From the IMG/VR virus record IMGVR_UViG_3300015607_004069, positions 1-64,000 of that record: a DNA stretch of 64,000 nucleotides; one strand, 5' to 3'. The DNA comes from a virus (Duplodnaviria; Caudoviricetes). Shown one piece after another: positions 30,125 to 40,553 of the stretch. The position numbers and the translations under genes were made by a program. The notes under the pieces are model-generated. The model was not told the DNA's origin and searched no databases. It saw nothing but the letters and a program-made list of their open reading frames with translations. The first letter of the stretch is position 1; every line of letters begins with the position of its first letter.

Positions 30125-31082
30125 TATAGTCGATCAGATTACTCCGATTATAACTACGACTCGACAGCACCAGATCACGATAAGAAGTAAGACCGGTAGC
30201 GTGTTTTGTGTGAAGGAAAAACAGAGCTATGATCTCCTTAATTCTGATGTTACTATCCAGTCGGATACACTAACATACGATGAGTTCATTAGACATAACG
30301 ATTTAGAAAGATTTCTAATATACGAACGATTCATTTTCAAGGCTGCACAAATAGGATGTAACCGCACTAGTGATGAACTGGCTTTAGATCGAGTGGTTTC
30401 CAAGGATTATTATTTGCACCATAAGCAAGATAAAGCAGTTGTTTTAGATGGTCTAAATGTCAAATGCGGCAATATCACTTTAGACCACCACTTTAAAAAC
30501 ACGAAGAGAGTACGTCGGCTGGTGTTCGATAAGATAATGCACCATAACAATGTGGTCAACAGATATGATTTGGCTAAGCCGGGAAGAGCGATATATTTAA
30601 GAATAATAAAGCATATTATGGAAGTGGGGCCGATCTCTTATAGATCGGTCTGGAATATTTTAGGATGGGCCGATTATAAGCTGGTCATTTCTAGGGCGAT
30701 AAAGTCATTAAGGAACTATATCATGGCAAATGGTAATATCAATGATCATTTGACTATTCATGATTATTCCAATTTCGCTCAGCCTGTCGCTGAAACCATG
30801 GCTCATTTATTGGGTTTCGGCTATGTCAGCCATTTCAATTATCAGCCCAGATTGGCTTTTTCCAAGTCAGAGAGCACTGTCCATCTTAATCTTGCTCTTC
30901 TAGCTAATCAGGAAGATATTCGACTATTTCTGGAATCGAATGTGATGGAAGCGGTTGTTATAACGTTTAGAAAGAAGGAATTTATGGATGCCGCTATTGC
31001 TACTGGAAGGTACCTTGTCAGTGGGATCGACCTGCGAGGAGTACAGAATTATGTATATGTAAAATTAAAGTCCCTGAACTAA
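30045..31082 (+). CDS. Hypothetical protein
   Basis: 345-aa ORF, no recognised motif. Confidence 0.65.
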   Translation: MLLDMRKFQRLFQSLKIIAVRLERANDIVDQITPIITTTRQHQITIRSKTGSVFCVKEKQSYDLLNSDVTIQSDTLTYDEFIRHNDLERFLIYERFIFKAAQIGCNRTSDELALDRVVSKDYYLHHKQDKAVVLDGLNVKCGNITLDHHFKNTKRVRRLVFDKIMHHNNVVNRYDLAKPGRAIYLRIIKHIMEVGPISYRSVWNILGWADYKLVISRAIKSLRNYIMANGNINDHLTIHDYSNFAQPVAETMAHLLGFGYVSHFNYQPRLAFSKSESTVHLNLALLANQEDIRLFLESNVMEAVVITFRKKEFMDAAIATGRYLVSGIDLRGVQNYVYVKLKSLN

Positions 31083-31108
31083 ATATATCTAGGACTCTAT
31101 GAGGAATA

Positions 31109-33502
31109 ATGATGGCACTTTCGGCTTTGCCTGATCCAAATTCGATGCAAGATGGACAGACTGTAGATATCATTGGACCAGATGGTATAGTGAGATCATT
31201 TGTATTTGATTTACAGACCAAATCATTTACTCTGAGAGACAGCCAGCTTTTTGTCCCCACAAAGCATGGCGATACACACATATCAACTGACCCTATTCCC
31301 TTGGCTACTTGCGACACTCCCGGCCTGATGGCCGCAAATGACAAATGCCGCTTGGAAGCATTAAGCCAGTTGAGAGTCGGCGTTTTAGGATATACAGGGG
31401 CTGGTAATCCGAATGATGGCGGGTGGCTGCAGGACGATATCATTCTAGCTGCTGGTGGCAATGGATTTTTGAATATTGAACGTGTTGGTAACGTCATCAG
31501 ATTTACAGTTCAACCGCCTTTGCCCTTTGCTTGTAATTGTGAAAGCTGCGCTGAATTGTTCTGGATTTTCGATGAGACAGAGCCATACTCAATCAGACCG
31601 CCAACATGTAGTGGCAAGTTGCCCGGTATAAATGCCTACGGTGATGTCAAGTTCTATATCATGCCAGAATCGACTATAGTCGATCCGGCTAACCCATCTC
31701 AGGTGCTGAACACGAAGGGTAATTACCCTTCTCTTGTATTCAAGAGATACAATAATTCACTGACTACCGGTCTGGCATCTTTCGAGCTTGTCCTGCAACG
31801 CGACAGCATTAACAGGACACAGGCTCAAGTAGGATGGTCGTTCTTGCCTGGCGCTGATGGCGATGTTGAATGCGTCTGGTATACTGGTAAAGACGATGAC
31901 GGCAACCTACTGAGGTTTTCTTTCGATCCCAAGAAAGAACCCGGCATGCTTGGCGGTCTGATGTCCAATGGTCATTTGATCACCAAACGGATGGCTATCG
32001 TTACCGGTTATGTTACTACTACGCCGCAGAATAACGTCTATTATTGTAAAATGTGGGATGTTTTAAACGCCACAACTATTGGCGATGAATTCACAGCGAC
32101 CAATATATGGGATTATGTTGATAACGGCACTGGAACGTTTGTGCCGGTGATGGATTCGATGGAAGCCAATCTGTTGAAGGTTGGTACGCTTATCGACATT
32201 TGGATGTTTGAAATTAGCCAATCCTCCGATGGTCCACAATATCGGTACTTTATCAATAAAGAGCCGATGCTGACAGCTGATGATGTCTGGGCACCAGTAG
32301 GAAATGTCCAATTTGGTGATACAGTTGATGCCAGAGCAGAAGTCGCTATGACGGATGCCACTGGCCAAGAGGAAACGACGGCTTTTGAGGCAGATGTTGA
32401 TTTCGATGGGTTTGAGAATAGCATCTGGGGTCTAGCCAATGAACAGGATATTAAATTCTACTCTAACTCTGGTCAGATTGAAACATATATCGGCAGAAGA
32501 GCAAACATCGATACTGCCATCAAGGCTCTGAAAGTAGTAAAAGACGAGTATAGCACAGTTGGTACTACTAACCGACATCAGAAGCCGGTGTTTCTGTGGA
32601 ACAGAATCGATCTCCGGGCATCAGCCTACGCTGTGATCGACATGGGCTTCCCAGCAGATATGGAATTTGAGGATTTTCCGCTTCTGGATTTGTGCTGGGG
32701 TCCACATGAATCATGCTCTGATCAGTATGCCGAGGTCATTAGGTCACGCGATAACGCTCTGAGCCTTGACGGGGTCGATTACAACAGTATTCCTCGTGTG
32801 GGGCAGTGGCAGTGTGTCTATCCTCCGGAAAGAGCCGGTCTGACATTCAACCAAGCCGATAAGTCGATGGAGTATGTGCCTAGTTCCGGGGTCAAACCAA
32901 CCATCTATTCCAATGCCGGTAATAGTATGGTGTCTGGTGATATTCTATCCTTGGTACAGCGTGATTTTACTACCAACGCAGTTCGCATTTTGCCGTTCAA
33001 GACAGGTGACGTATATGGAATGAGAGTCATCAGTGGTATTCTGGGCATGGATACGCTCTATCAGAGCAACGGTCCCGGCGATTTGGATGACTATGTGAGG
33101 GGTTTTCAGGCCGGATATGTCGTGAGCCAGACGTATACCCAAGACGGGCTTTGGGACGGCTCCGGGACGGCTCCGGAGGCTAACATATCAGGCTTCTCAA
33201 TATTGGGAGGGTCTGCAGGGACCGGTACGGAACGCTGGAACCGTTTGGAAATAATGTTCAAGAATAATAGACTGTGGTTATGGTGGAATGGTCTTCTAAT
33301 CCCACCTTCGACTCAGCTGTCGGCTCTTTTGCCTGTGCCTGTACAGATTACGAGCCAGTATTATCCATTTAATCCAGCCTACGATCTGGGCAAATTCTTT
33401 CTGAGAATGTGGCCGGGCATGATCTTACGACGTGTCCAGCTTATGACACAAAATTCCAGAGCTAATGAATACCAGAATGGGCAGGTTCTTTTAGGCAACT
33501 AG
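31109..33502 (+). CDS. Putative virion structural/fibre-associated protein
   Basis: 797 aa, beta-rich; LATCDTPGLMAANDK fibre-type motif; preceded by CTAAATA and GAGGA. Confidence 0.55.
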   Translation: MMALSALPDPNSMQDGQTVDIIGPDGIVRSFVFDLQTKSFTLRDSQLFVPTKHGDTHISTDPIPLATCDTPGLMAANDKCRLEALSQLRVGVLGYTGAGNPNDGGWLQDDIILAAGGNGFLNIERVGNVIRFTVQPPLPFACNCESCAELFWIFDETEPYSIRPPTCSGKLPGINAYGDVKFYIMPESTIVDPANPSQVLNTKGNYPSLVFKRYNNSLTTGLASFELVLQRDSINRTQAQVGWSFLPGADGDVECVWYTGKDDDGNLLRFSFDPKKEPGMLGGLMSNGHLITKRMAIVTGYVTTTPQNNVYYCKMWDVLNATTIGDEFTATNIWDYVDNGTGTFVPVMDSMEANLLKVGTLIDIWMFEISQSSDGPQYRYFINKEPMLTADDVWAPVGNVQFGDTVDARAEVAMTDATGQEETTAFEADVDFDGFENSIWGLANEQDIKFYSNSGQIETYIGRRANIDTAIKALKVVKDEYSTVGTTNRHQKPVFLWNRIDLRASAYAVIDMGFPADMEFEDFPLLDLCWGPHESCSDQYAEVIRSRDNALSLDGVDYNSIPRVGQWQCVYPPERAGLTFNQADKSMEYVPSSGVKPTIYSNAGNSMVSGDILSLVQRDFTTNAVRILPFKTGDVYGMRVISGILGMDTLYQSNGPGDLDDYVRGFQAGYVVSQTYTQDGLWDGSGTAPEANISGFSILGGSAGTGTERWNRLEIMFKNNRLWLWWNGLLIPPSTQLSALLPVPVQITSQYYPFNPAYDLGKFFLRMWPGMILRRVQLMTQNSRANEYQNGQVLLGN

Positions 33503-33750
33503 AGCTGATCTTCTTCGATCAGCTCCTTTTCTAATGCATCCATAGACTTTATGATGCTGTATTTCTCTGTCAATCGAATAATCTTCATAATGGCTATTTT
33601 ATTCACTAGGTTGGAGCTTACTTTTCTTGATTGTTCTATGGCTTCATGATTTGTATTGCATAGTCCTGCAAAGTGAATAGTTAAGGCTTTTTTATTGGCC
33701 ATGGCATAGCAGATTAAGAATTTAGTCCGCTGTTGTATTTGTGATGACAT
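33499..33750 (-). CDS. Hypothetical protein
   Basis: 83-aa ORF directly downstream of tmk. Confidence 0.6.
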   Translation of the reverse strand: MSSQIQQRTKFLICYAMANKKALTIHFAGLCNTNHEAIEQSRKVSSNLVNKIAIMKIIRLTEKYSIIKSMDALEKELIEEDQL

Positions 33751-33752
33751 GA

Positions 33753-34490
33753 CTAGCCCATTAGATCGATGATTGCCTTTGCGTTCCTTAATACTTCGAA
33801 TGGCTGTTTGACTAGCAGTATTCTCTTAAATGTCTTTCTGATGTACGGCACGACGACAGTGTCGATCAGTTCAAGCTCTGATACGGAACACATGTCGGGG
33901 CCACAGACGTGGGTGTCTTCTATGTTGACCATCACCCCATAAGGTACCATGGCCTTGAATAAGGCCTTGTACATACGTCTGATGGTAACGCGATTATCAA
34001 AGTGATCAACAGCTGATTGCTTGTCCCTGTTCAATAGACGTTCTGAAATTATGTTGTTTGGTGGTGTATCCAACAGAATCAATGTCATATCGATATCGGC
34101 GATATGTTTGGCGGTTAATTTGCATATCGTCTCAAATAGTTCTTTTATCTCAGTTATGTTCTCATTCTTTGTGTGAGCGAAGAACGGTCCGGTGATAGGT
34201 GATATTCTATCGGAGATAATGCACTGAACTGGTATTTCGTCTAGTTTGGCTGTGAAGTTGGTATAATCTGCAATGGGAATCAACTGTTCAGTCAGCCAGT
34301 CCAATCCGCCATTGCTCTTGACTAGATTCCGTAGTTGTTCGCCGACTTCGAATGCGCCGGGGTGTTGGAATACTGTATTTTGGATATCATAGCTTTGAAT
34401 TAATATTCTGGAAATACCATGGCATAGGGTTGTCTTACCAGAAAAATCAGTGCCTTCTACTACTAGCCAATTCTTTTTAGTCGTGTTCAT
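33753..34490 (-). CDS. tmk: Thymidylate (dTMP) kinase
   Basis: VVEGTDFSGKTT P-loop, HPG...GEQLR, IISDR, LILLD motifs; ATG 34490 preferred over TTG 34511. Confidence 0.8.
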   Translation of the reverse strand: MNTTKKNWLVVEGTDFSGKTTLCHGISRILIQSYDIQNTVFQHPGAFEVGEQLRNLVKSNGGLDWLTEQLIPIADYTNFTAKLDEIPVQCIISDRISPITGPFFAHTKNENITEIKELFETICKLTAKHIADIDMTLILLDTPPNNIISERLLNRDKQSAVDHFDNRVTIRRMYKALFKAMVPYGVMVNIEDTHVCGPDMCSVSELELIDTVVVPYIRKTFKRILLVKQPFEVLRNAKAIIDLMG

Positions 34491-34566
34491 TGGTGTGCTC
34501 GTGAAATCCAATTGATACTAGATAAATTTACATACGTTCTAAGTGTTCTTAAGACCATAACTCATG

Positions 34567-36153
34567 CTATTTTGGACGTATAAAAACGAAACGCTTTTTA
34601 GCGGAACCATATACTTTATGATAGTTGAATTTTAAGGCGAATTCAGATTCAGTAAGCTTAAGATTGATAGCTTTATTATACAAGGTCTTTTTATGCATTA
34701 CCCATCCATCTTCAGAAACATACCAATAATCAGGCTGGCAAATACCATCTTCTTTGAAATTACAGGCTAAATAGGTAATACCATGGTGATTAAAAGTAGT
34801 ATCACAATAAGTTAACACTGCTTTATAGTATTCTGGTAACCGTTTAATGCAACGAGCTACGAACCAGCTGGCAAAATGTTTCTTTTGATAACTCGGATGA
34901 ATACAGAGACGTGATAATTCACGAAATTGCGATTGCTTTAAATCGTTTATAGTGACATTTTGACGTGCTGGCGGTGAGAAGACACATACGGCAATTAAAC
35001 TAGAGCCAATATAGGCTCCGTAGGCTATTCCGCCTCGTCCTGCATTAGCTAAATAGTGATATTTTGATAACAATAGTTTATAATCATTTGGAGGACAATC
35101 AGTTATAGTAACATCTTTAAATTCGAATTGGATTTGATCTAATGAACTTAGGCCAAGCCAATACTTTAGAAGATCGACGACTCTATTATAGTTGGAAAAC
35201 TCATGTTCCCAGATTGCTTTTAATTCGAATCCTGGTACTTGGGCAATATATGCGGCTTTGGCTTGATCGGCAATGCGTTTATGTTTCTGAGAGTGAATCC
35301 AATCGCCTTGGCATTCAATTAATAAATCAGGTTTGTCAGCCCTAGGAATTCTACAATCAAATGACCAAGGTCCGATTAGACAGGCCGGATCACAATCGAC
35401 AAAATATGGAACTTTTAGATCATCTAATATTGAATATAGAATGCGTTGAATACTGGATACACGTGGCTGGCGAGCGGCGCTGGCTGATAATTTAGCTAAG
35501 TATGCCATGCTCTTTTGTATAGTGGCCATTTTGGCTTTGAAATCAGCTGTCGATTTCGAAGCCAAAACTTTGGCACGGTAGTCAGGATCTGCCCAGAGTG
35601 CCTTGCTGCGTTCGGAGCGTAGCTTGAGGTCGTTTTCCGATAATGACAATGAACCAGATGCCCATTTTTCTTTTAGCATTGCGCTCAGATTAGCGCGATG
35701 ATTATCGTCACGAATGGCTGTTAGTGTTTTATTTCTGTATTCTTGATCTGCCCAGCGTTTTTTAGCTGATGATCTATCTATTTCTAGTCGGTCGGCATTA
35801 TGCTTCTTACCACGCAAGGCATCGCTTATTTTTTGTGATTTTCTAGCTTTTGATTTTTGGTCTGGCGGATTGCGCTTTATGGCGGCAAGACGCAGTGACT
35901 CCCTGTATTCGTCGTCCTGCCATTTGGTTTTGATGGCACAAGATCGGCATTTATATGGTTGATAGGTTCTGTTAGGGATTCGTTTCAATGTGGCGGTGCT
36001 GCCACAGGCGCAGATTACATCAGTTGGATAGGCTTTTGATGGCATAGGTTTGTATTGATTATGATACAGATTATATTTCTTTTGAGCGCGGATTTTTTGG
36101 AATGACGTACATGTCATGTTCAGAACCCCATTCCAGTTCCATGAAGATAGCAT
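34567..36153 (-). CDS. Fusion of Zn-finger/helical repeats, Vsr/DUF559-like endonuclease and Mom/GNAT-like domain (Hef-like homing endonuclease or DNA modifier)
   Basis: CACG...CRSC; W.D.EYR repeats; FDCRI...LLIECQGDWIH...D..K...IWEHE; KYHYL, ELSRLC, ASWFVARC, VLTYCD...HHG..Y.A.NF. Confidence 0.75.
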   Translation of the reverse strand: MLSSWNWNGVLNMTCTSFQKIRAQKKYNLYHNQYKPMPSKAYPTDVICACGSTATLKRIPNRTYQPYKCRSCAIKTKWQDDEYRESLRLAAIKRNPPDQKSKARKSQKISDALRGKKHNADRLEIDRSSAKKRWADQEYRNKTLTAIRDDNHRANLSAMLKEKWASGSLSLSENDLKLRSERSKALWADPDYRAKVLASKSTADFKAKMATIQKSMAYLAKLSASAARQPRVSSIQRILYSILDDLKVPYFVDCDPACLIGPWSFDCRIPRADKPDLLIECQGDWIHSQKHKRIADQAKAAYIAQVPGFELKAIWEHEFSNYNRVVDLLKYWLGLSSLDQIQFEFKDVTITDCPPNDYKLLLSKYHYLANAGRGGIAYGAYIGSSLIAVCVFSPPARQNVTINDLKQSQFRELSRLCIHPSYQKKHFASWFVARCIKRLPEYYKAVLTYCDTTFNHHGITYLACNFKEDGICQPDYWYVSEDGWVMHKKTLYNKAINLKLTESEFALKFNYHKVYGSAKKRFVFIRPK

Positions 36154-36445
36154 CTCCTTGTAATTCTATGAGATGGTCTAATAATTTCTGGGCGTTCTTT
36201 ATGGCTGTAGTGACATTGGCCATTTTGGCTATTTGATTCTTAGTTTTCTTTAACTTGGATAGTTCTTTTTTGATCTTTTGCAGATCGGTCTGCATCTTTC
36301 TAGTCTTCCAGACTGCATGGCCTGATGTGACGTAATATTTTGCAGGATCAAAGACTCCTAGTCCTAAACTGGATAGGTCGATTTTATTAATATAGTCTGA
36401 TATTTCTATGCGAATTTTATCTGATTTTGTTTTTTCAGGCTTCAT
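36071..36445 (-). CDS. Hypothetical basic protein
   Basis: 124-aa ORF with GAGGA RBS. Confidence 0.6.
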   Translation of the reverse strand: MKPEKTKSDKIRIEISDYINKIDLSSLGLGVFDPAKYYVTSGHAVWKTRKMQTDLQKIKKELSKLKKTKNQIAKMANVTTAIKNAQKLLDHLIELQGDAIFMELEWGSEHDMYVIPKNPRSKEI

Positions 36446-36446
36446 A

Positions 36447-36489
36447 CTTTTTGTCCTCGACCTATTTTAGTTAGATCGAGGACAAAAAG
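36447..36489. promoter_or_regulatory. 14-bp perfect inverted repeat (terminator or RBS-occluding hairpin)
   Basis: CTTTTTGTCCTCGA (36447-36460) / TCGAGGACAAAAAG (36476-36489); covers the RBS of the gene starting at 36445. Confidence 0.65.
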
Positions 36490-36505
36490 AGCTTAACGAT
36501 TAATA

Positions 36506-37531
36506 TTATATGACCTTCATGTTCTTCAGCACGTCAGTGGCTTCCGACAGGCTCATGGTATTAGCTACCATTGTGCCGTATTTGTGGTTGCTCAGCTTGG
36601 ATGTCTGATTGATTTTGGTCGCTGCATCAGCGAATTCTTCAGCCAGTACACGGTTGGCAAACAGGTATTTGCCTTCCAAGAACAGAGGAAGTCTGGCTTT
36701 GAGATTGGGGACCTCGTAGCTGCCTCGTACAATAGTGCCGTTGCCTTCAGCGATGATGCTGATGTTGACCTTCTTGGCACGACCGATTGATTTCAGTTCC
36801 TCAGCGATCATGAGTGCACGATATGGTTCTTTGACAGCAATTCGTTCGTTGGCACTTTCGACGACGAATCGGACGTTTGTCTCTTTGGGTGGGTTTGGCA
36901 GGCGAGAGAATTCGTTATCGATTGCTTCTCGAACGCCTTCTGACAGCACTTTATAGTTGGAACGCAGTTCTGCGATACCACCGGCGACCGCTGATTCCTT
37001 GACCACGGAGCCGAGATTGTTCGACAGGTTCCAGCTGTATGGCTTGTCAGCCCATCGTGTATCGACCTTGTCTTTCAGATCGATATCCTTGTCGGTCTTT
37101 TCCATGCCCTTGTTGCTAGGGGTGCTATGGCCGGGTTCGCCATCAGTGATTTCGCCATCGGAGTTGCATTCTGCCTGTTGGCCGATTGGCTCGCCGTGCT
37201 TTTCGACATCGTCGGGACCGGGCTGGCTGTTGTCGTAATAATGGCCGAGATCATCGTCCATGACGCTATCATCGTCATTGGTGTCCATGCCTACAGCCTT
37301 GGCTTCGTGTATCACCCATCCAGTGGTGTGACGGCCCGAAACCGGTTCGAAGGCACAGAGCTTGCTGCTATCGAGAGCATCTTCAAAGAGTGTCTTCGGC
37401 ACAACTAGGCTCTTTTTGGCCAGATAACCATTGAACTGGCTATAGTTGATGAAATTATTCTTTTGTGCGTAGTCCTCAACCAATCTGATCGTTTCAGTCA
37501 AATTGTTGATTTGTCTTGGTCGTGCAGTCAT
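36506..37531 (-). CDS. Hypothetical protein, possibly a head/internal virion protein
   Basis: 341 aa, acidic middle, repeated xxE motifs. Confidence 0.6.
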   Translation of the reverse strand: MTARPRQINNLTETIRLVEDYAQKNNFINYSQFNGYLAKKSLVVPKTLFEDALDSSKLCAFEPVSGRHTTGWVIHEAKAVGMDTNDDDSVMDDDLGHYYDNSQPGPDDVEKHGEPIGQQAECNSDGEITDGEPGHSTPSNKGMEKTDKDIDLKDKVDTRWADKPYSWNLSNNLGSVVKESAVAGGIAELRSNYKVLSEGVREAIDNEFSRLPNPPKETNVRFVVESANERIAVKEPYRALMIAEELKSIGRAKKVNISIIAEGNGTIVRGSYEVPNLKARLPLFLEGKYLFANRVLAEEFADAATKINQTSKLSNHKYGTMVANTMSLSEATDVLKNMKVI

Positions 37532-37576
37532 GGTATTGACCTTCGTCGATGTTATAGGAAACTACAGGTATATTTG

Positions 37577-38083
37577 TCAAAGACCTGTGATATTGTCTAA
37601 TGACAAGGCCTTATGAAGCCATGCTTCATGTGGTATTTTACTCGCCAAATCTTTGTATTTATTAGGTATCCATTCTACAATAGTAATATGTCCTATAGTG
37701 GACGAATAGCAGATTTCATTTTCTTCCTGAATTCTCTTTATATCATTCTGATTATTTAAGCCACGAAGAACTCGACGCATCGGCAGAGTCAATGCCGGTG
37801 TCGATCCGACATCTTTGATTAGGTCGCTTATCTTGTTGAGAATGGATGGGTGAGCCGAATTTGGATGTGTCTTTATGATGAATTCTAGTAATGATTTTTG
37901 GTCTAACTTGGGTAATAGTGTTGATAATGCGGCTACTATTCTCTTACATCCATTGCTCCCTTTGATTTCGGCGGCATAGTCGAGATATAATTTATAGTCA
38001 TACTCGGCGAGCCATGATTTGAACTGGCCGTCATTGCCGATAAAACAGAGATGTGAATCGCTTATGATTGCTGCCATGGACAA
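37577..38083 (-). CDS. Hypothetical protein
   Basis: 168-aa ORF overlapping the end of the fibre gene. Confidence 0.6.
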   Translation of the reverse strand: MSMAAIISDSHLCFIGNDGQFKSWLAEYDYKLYLDYAAEIKGSNGCKRIVAALSTLLPKLDQKSLLEFIIKTHPNSAHPSILNKISDLIKDVGSTPALTLPMRRVLRGLNNQNDIKRIQEENEICYSSTIGHITIVEWIPNKYKDLASKIPHEAWLHKALSLDNITGL

Positions 38084-39915
38084 AGTAGACCGGTTCTCAT
38101 AATGCTGATCATCATATCTAAGTTAGTTGCGTGACCTTTATAAAGATCATAAATATTGTCATTCAGTCTACTCAACACAATATCCTTTATAGAATCGTCA
38201 TATGTTATAATGCTATCGCTACAGTCCAGCATGGTGTTAATGCCTACAATCGGCAACGCAAAGCACTGTCCCGGTGTCAGAGATGAGCCAAAAGATAACA
38301 GATTAATGTATTGTCGCTCTGACAATTTGAATACTGCAAATGTCTGGATGCCAGTAGAGATGACAGCTAGCCAATCTGGTTTGCCAAAAGTACAGGCATC
38401 GGAAAGAATGGAGAAGTCATCCTTTGTGATGACTCCTAACTGCTGATTGTTGATGCGAGTGAGGCCAACTATCAATTCGCCTTGCTCACTGCTATAGCGA
38501 TCATTTAGGCCGATTAAAATAGGTCCGCCATCATGTGAAATAGTAGTGGAGAATTTTTCGTACTGATTTCTGACCGTTTCACTGTCCGTGTTTGGTGCAA
38601 ACCCAGCTATATTGATTGTCTTGTCTAGCGAACCATGCTTGTACTGGATCGTTAATTCGGCATGGTGGCCTGCTGAACCGGTAATAGGATACTTCAGGTA
38701 AGTAAGCCTGTATAGGCCAGATTGTGGCACTATGCTTGCTTTTGGATTGGTTGGTGTTATTGAGACTTTTAGATCGGTCAGCGGCGTATGAGAACTGAAT
38801 GATTCGGCAGCTGCAGGATCTAGTTCAATATTCATGAATCCTTGTGGTACTGGCGGCGGTGGCGATGTTCCGGCAGCAGCTGCAGCTGCCTTTTCTTCAT
38901 TGATTGTTTGTTGTTTGATGCATTCGTATAGAGCACAACATAATGCGTCCTTGCTTAATGTGTATATCTGATCCATCATTTCTAGCCATGCTCTGGCGAT
39001 GTCGGCAGTGCCTGCTCTGATCCTTTCGGCTTCGAGATAATATTTCGTTTGGATGGCTGAAATGATGGGGAAGATGTCAATATAATAGAGTTTTTGACCA
39101 GCAGGAGGACCATCTATGCTCTGGACTGTGCATGCTTTCAGATCGCTGGTTATGACGGAGTCGGAAGCTTGACCGCTGAGAGCGATAACCCAGCTGCTTG
39201 TACTACGTTCCACATCAATGGAACTAGGTGCTATTTCATCATCTCCGATGGCTCCGCGATAGGCTATTAATTTTGTCTTGCCACTTGACATGAGTTTAGT
39301 CTCAATGTCTACTATGGCCATTCCTGATTTTTCTATATTCGATATATCATATAGATCTTCGAAGACGCTGGCTCCACAACTGCTGCGACCGGGAAGGCCG
39401 GGTGGTCCTTTAGGGCCTGTTTCGACTTTTTGACCATCTGGTCCTTTATTGCCTTTTGGGCCTTTATTGCCTTTTGATCCTTTGAGCGATAGACTATTAC
39501 GTCGAAGAAGCTCTAGAGCCAGCTTCTGTGGATCGATAGTGATGTCGATGATTGCTGTATTCTTGTCAACTTTCAGGTTCATTTCAACATTGGGCATGCC
39601 GGTCGCTGGATTGCTGAAATTACTGGTCGTCCGTACGTTTATAAAATCGTCTCCTCCTATGCTCAGATAGCCTGATGAGAAGACTAGATCACAATGCTCG
39701 CTGGTTAGTGTTGTTTCAAAAGGATCGGATTTTATATTAAGCAATTTGAGGTAGTCTTCACTACTCATAGCCCCATCTGATGATGGGGTGGCTAAGGCCA
39801 GTCGAACATTACTTGGCAGTTTTTTCCAACTCATAGTTTGAGCATCATACATATAGAACATGTCTGTAGATGCTTCGAAGATTGTCTTGTCAGATGGATT
39901 CGATGGAAACGTCAT
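38062..39915 (-). CDS. Collagen-repeat fibre-like virion protein
   Basis: GSKGNKGPKGNKGPDG and GPKGPPGLPG Gly-X-Y repeats; FPSNP and LATPSSDGAMSSED N-terminal motifs. Confidence 0.7.
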   Translation of the reverse strand: MTFPSNPSDKTIFEASTDMFYMYDAQTMSWKKLPSNVRLALATPSSDGAMSSEDYLKLLNIKSDPFETTLTSEHCDLVFSSGYLSIGGDDFINVRTTSNFSNPATGMPNVEMNLKVDKNTAIIDITIDPQKLALELLRRNSLSLKGSKGNKGPKGNKGPDGQKVETGPKGPPGLPGRSSCGASVFEDLYDISNIEKSGMAIVDIETKLMSSGKTKLIAYRGAIGDDEIAPSSIDVERSTSSWVIALSGQASDSVITSDLKACTVQSIDGPPAGQKLYYIDIFPIISAIQTKYYLEAERIRAGTADIARAWLEMMDQIYTLSKDALCCALYECIKQQTINEEKAAAAAAGTSPPPPVPQGFMNIELDPAAAESFSSHTPLTDLKVSITPTNPKASIVPQSGLYRLTYLKYPITGSAGHHAELTIQYKHGSLDKTINIAGFAPNTDSETVRNQYEKFSTTISHDGGPILIGLNDRYSSEQGELIVGLTRINNQQLGVITKDDFSILSDACTFGKPDWLAVISTGIQTFAVFKLSERQYINLLSFGSSLTPGQCFALPIVGINTMLDCSDSIITYDDSIKDIVLSRLNDNIYDLYKGHATNLDMMISIMRTGLLCPWQQS

Positions 39916-39926
39916 TTCATATCCTG

Positions 39927-40553
39927 TCAGAGAATCTGTATTATTTTCAGATCAGGCCTGTTTGCAAAATATAGCGCAGTTATTCTTTCATAGAAGTACG
40001 CAGGGCCGCGAGACGGGTCCATATTATGGTACATCATAGGCAAAAGAGCACCATATTTGTTATCAAAGTGATGAAAGCATTTTCTCCAGAAGGCGAGCCA
40101 GTCGTGCATTGTCTGTTTGCACATGATCATATCATTGGCCCATAGAGTGGGCTTGTCGTCATTAAATTCCAATCCACTGAATTCTTTTAATTCATCGAGC
40201 AGTTTTTTCATATCCGGATGCACATTGATAGTGTGCGTGTACCAGTTGCTGGGACAGGTCCATGGTGCGTGGACTTCATTCGGTTTTATATTACAGAGAT
40301 CTATATATTTTGATAGGTCTGCTAGTCTTGTGCTAATTTTGGGATATTTATTGTTCCATCGGGCATTGACTATTCCGGTAACATCGCTGATTTCGAAATC
40401 ACATAGGAACGCTCGGCATTCACCATATAGGTTACTATTGTGCTTCGTGCCTATGTGCAGGTTGTTCAGATATACCTTATAATAATCATGGCCGACATCG
40501 GCTATCCAGAGTAACTCCGGGTTATGTGATAGAACGTAAATGGTTTTGGTCAT
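39927..40553 (-). CDS. Putative glycosyltransferase-related protein (DUF4422-like)
   Basis: IYVLSH, YGE.R, ANDMIM.K......W, R..AYFYER pattern; clustered with GTs. Confidence 0.5.
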   Translation of the reverse strand: MTKTIYVLSHNPELLWIADVGHDYYKVYLNNLHIGTKHNSNLYGECRAFLCDFEISDVTGIVNARWNNKYPKISTRLADLSKYIDLCNIKPNEVHAPWTCPSNWYTHTINVHPDMKKLLDELKEFSGLEFNDDKPTLWANDMIMCKQTMHDWLAFWRKCFHHFDNKYGALLPMMYHNMDPSRGPAYFYERITALYFANRPDLKIIQIL

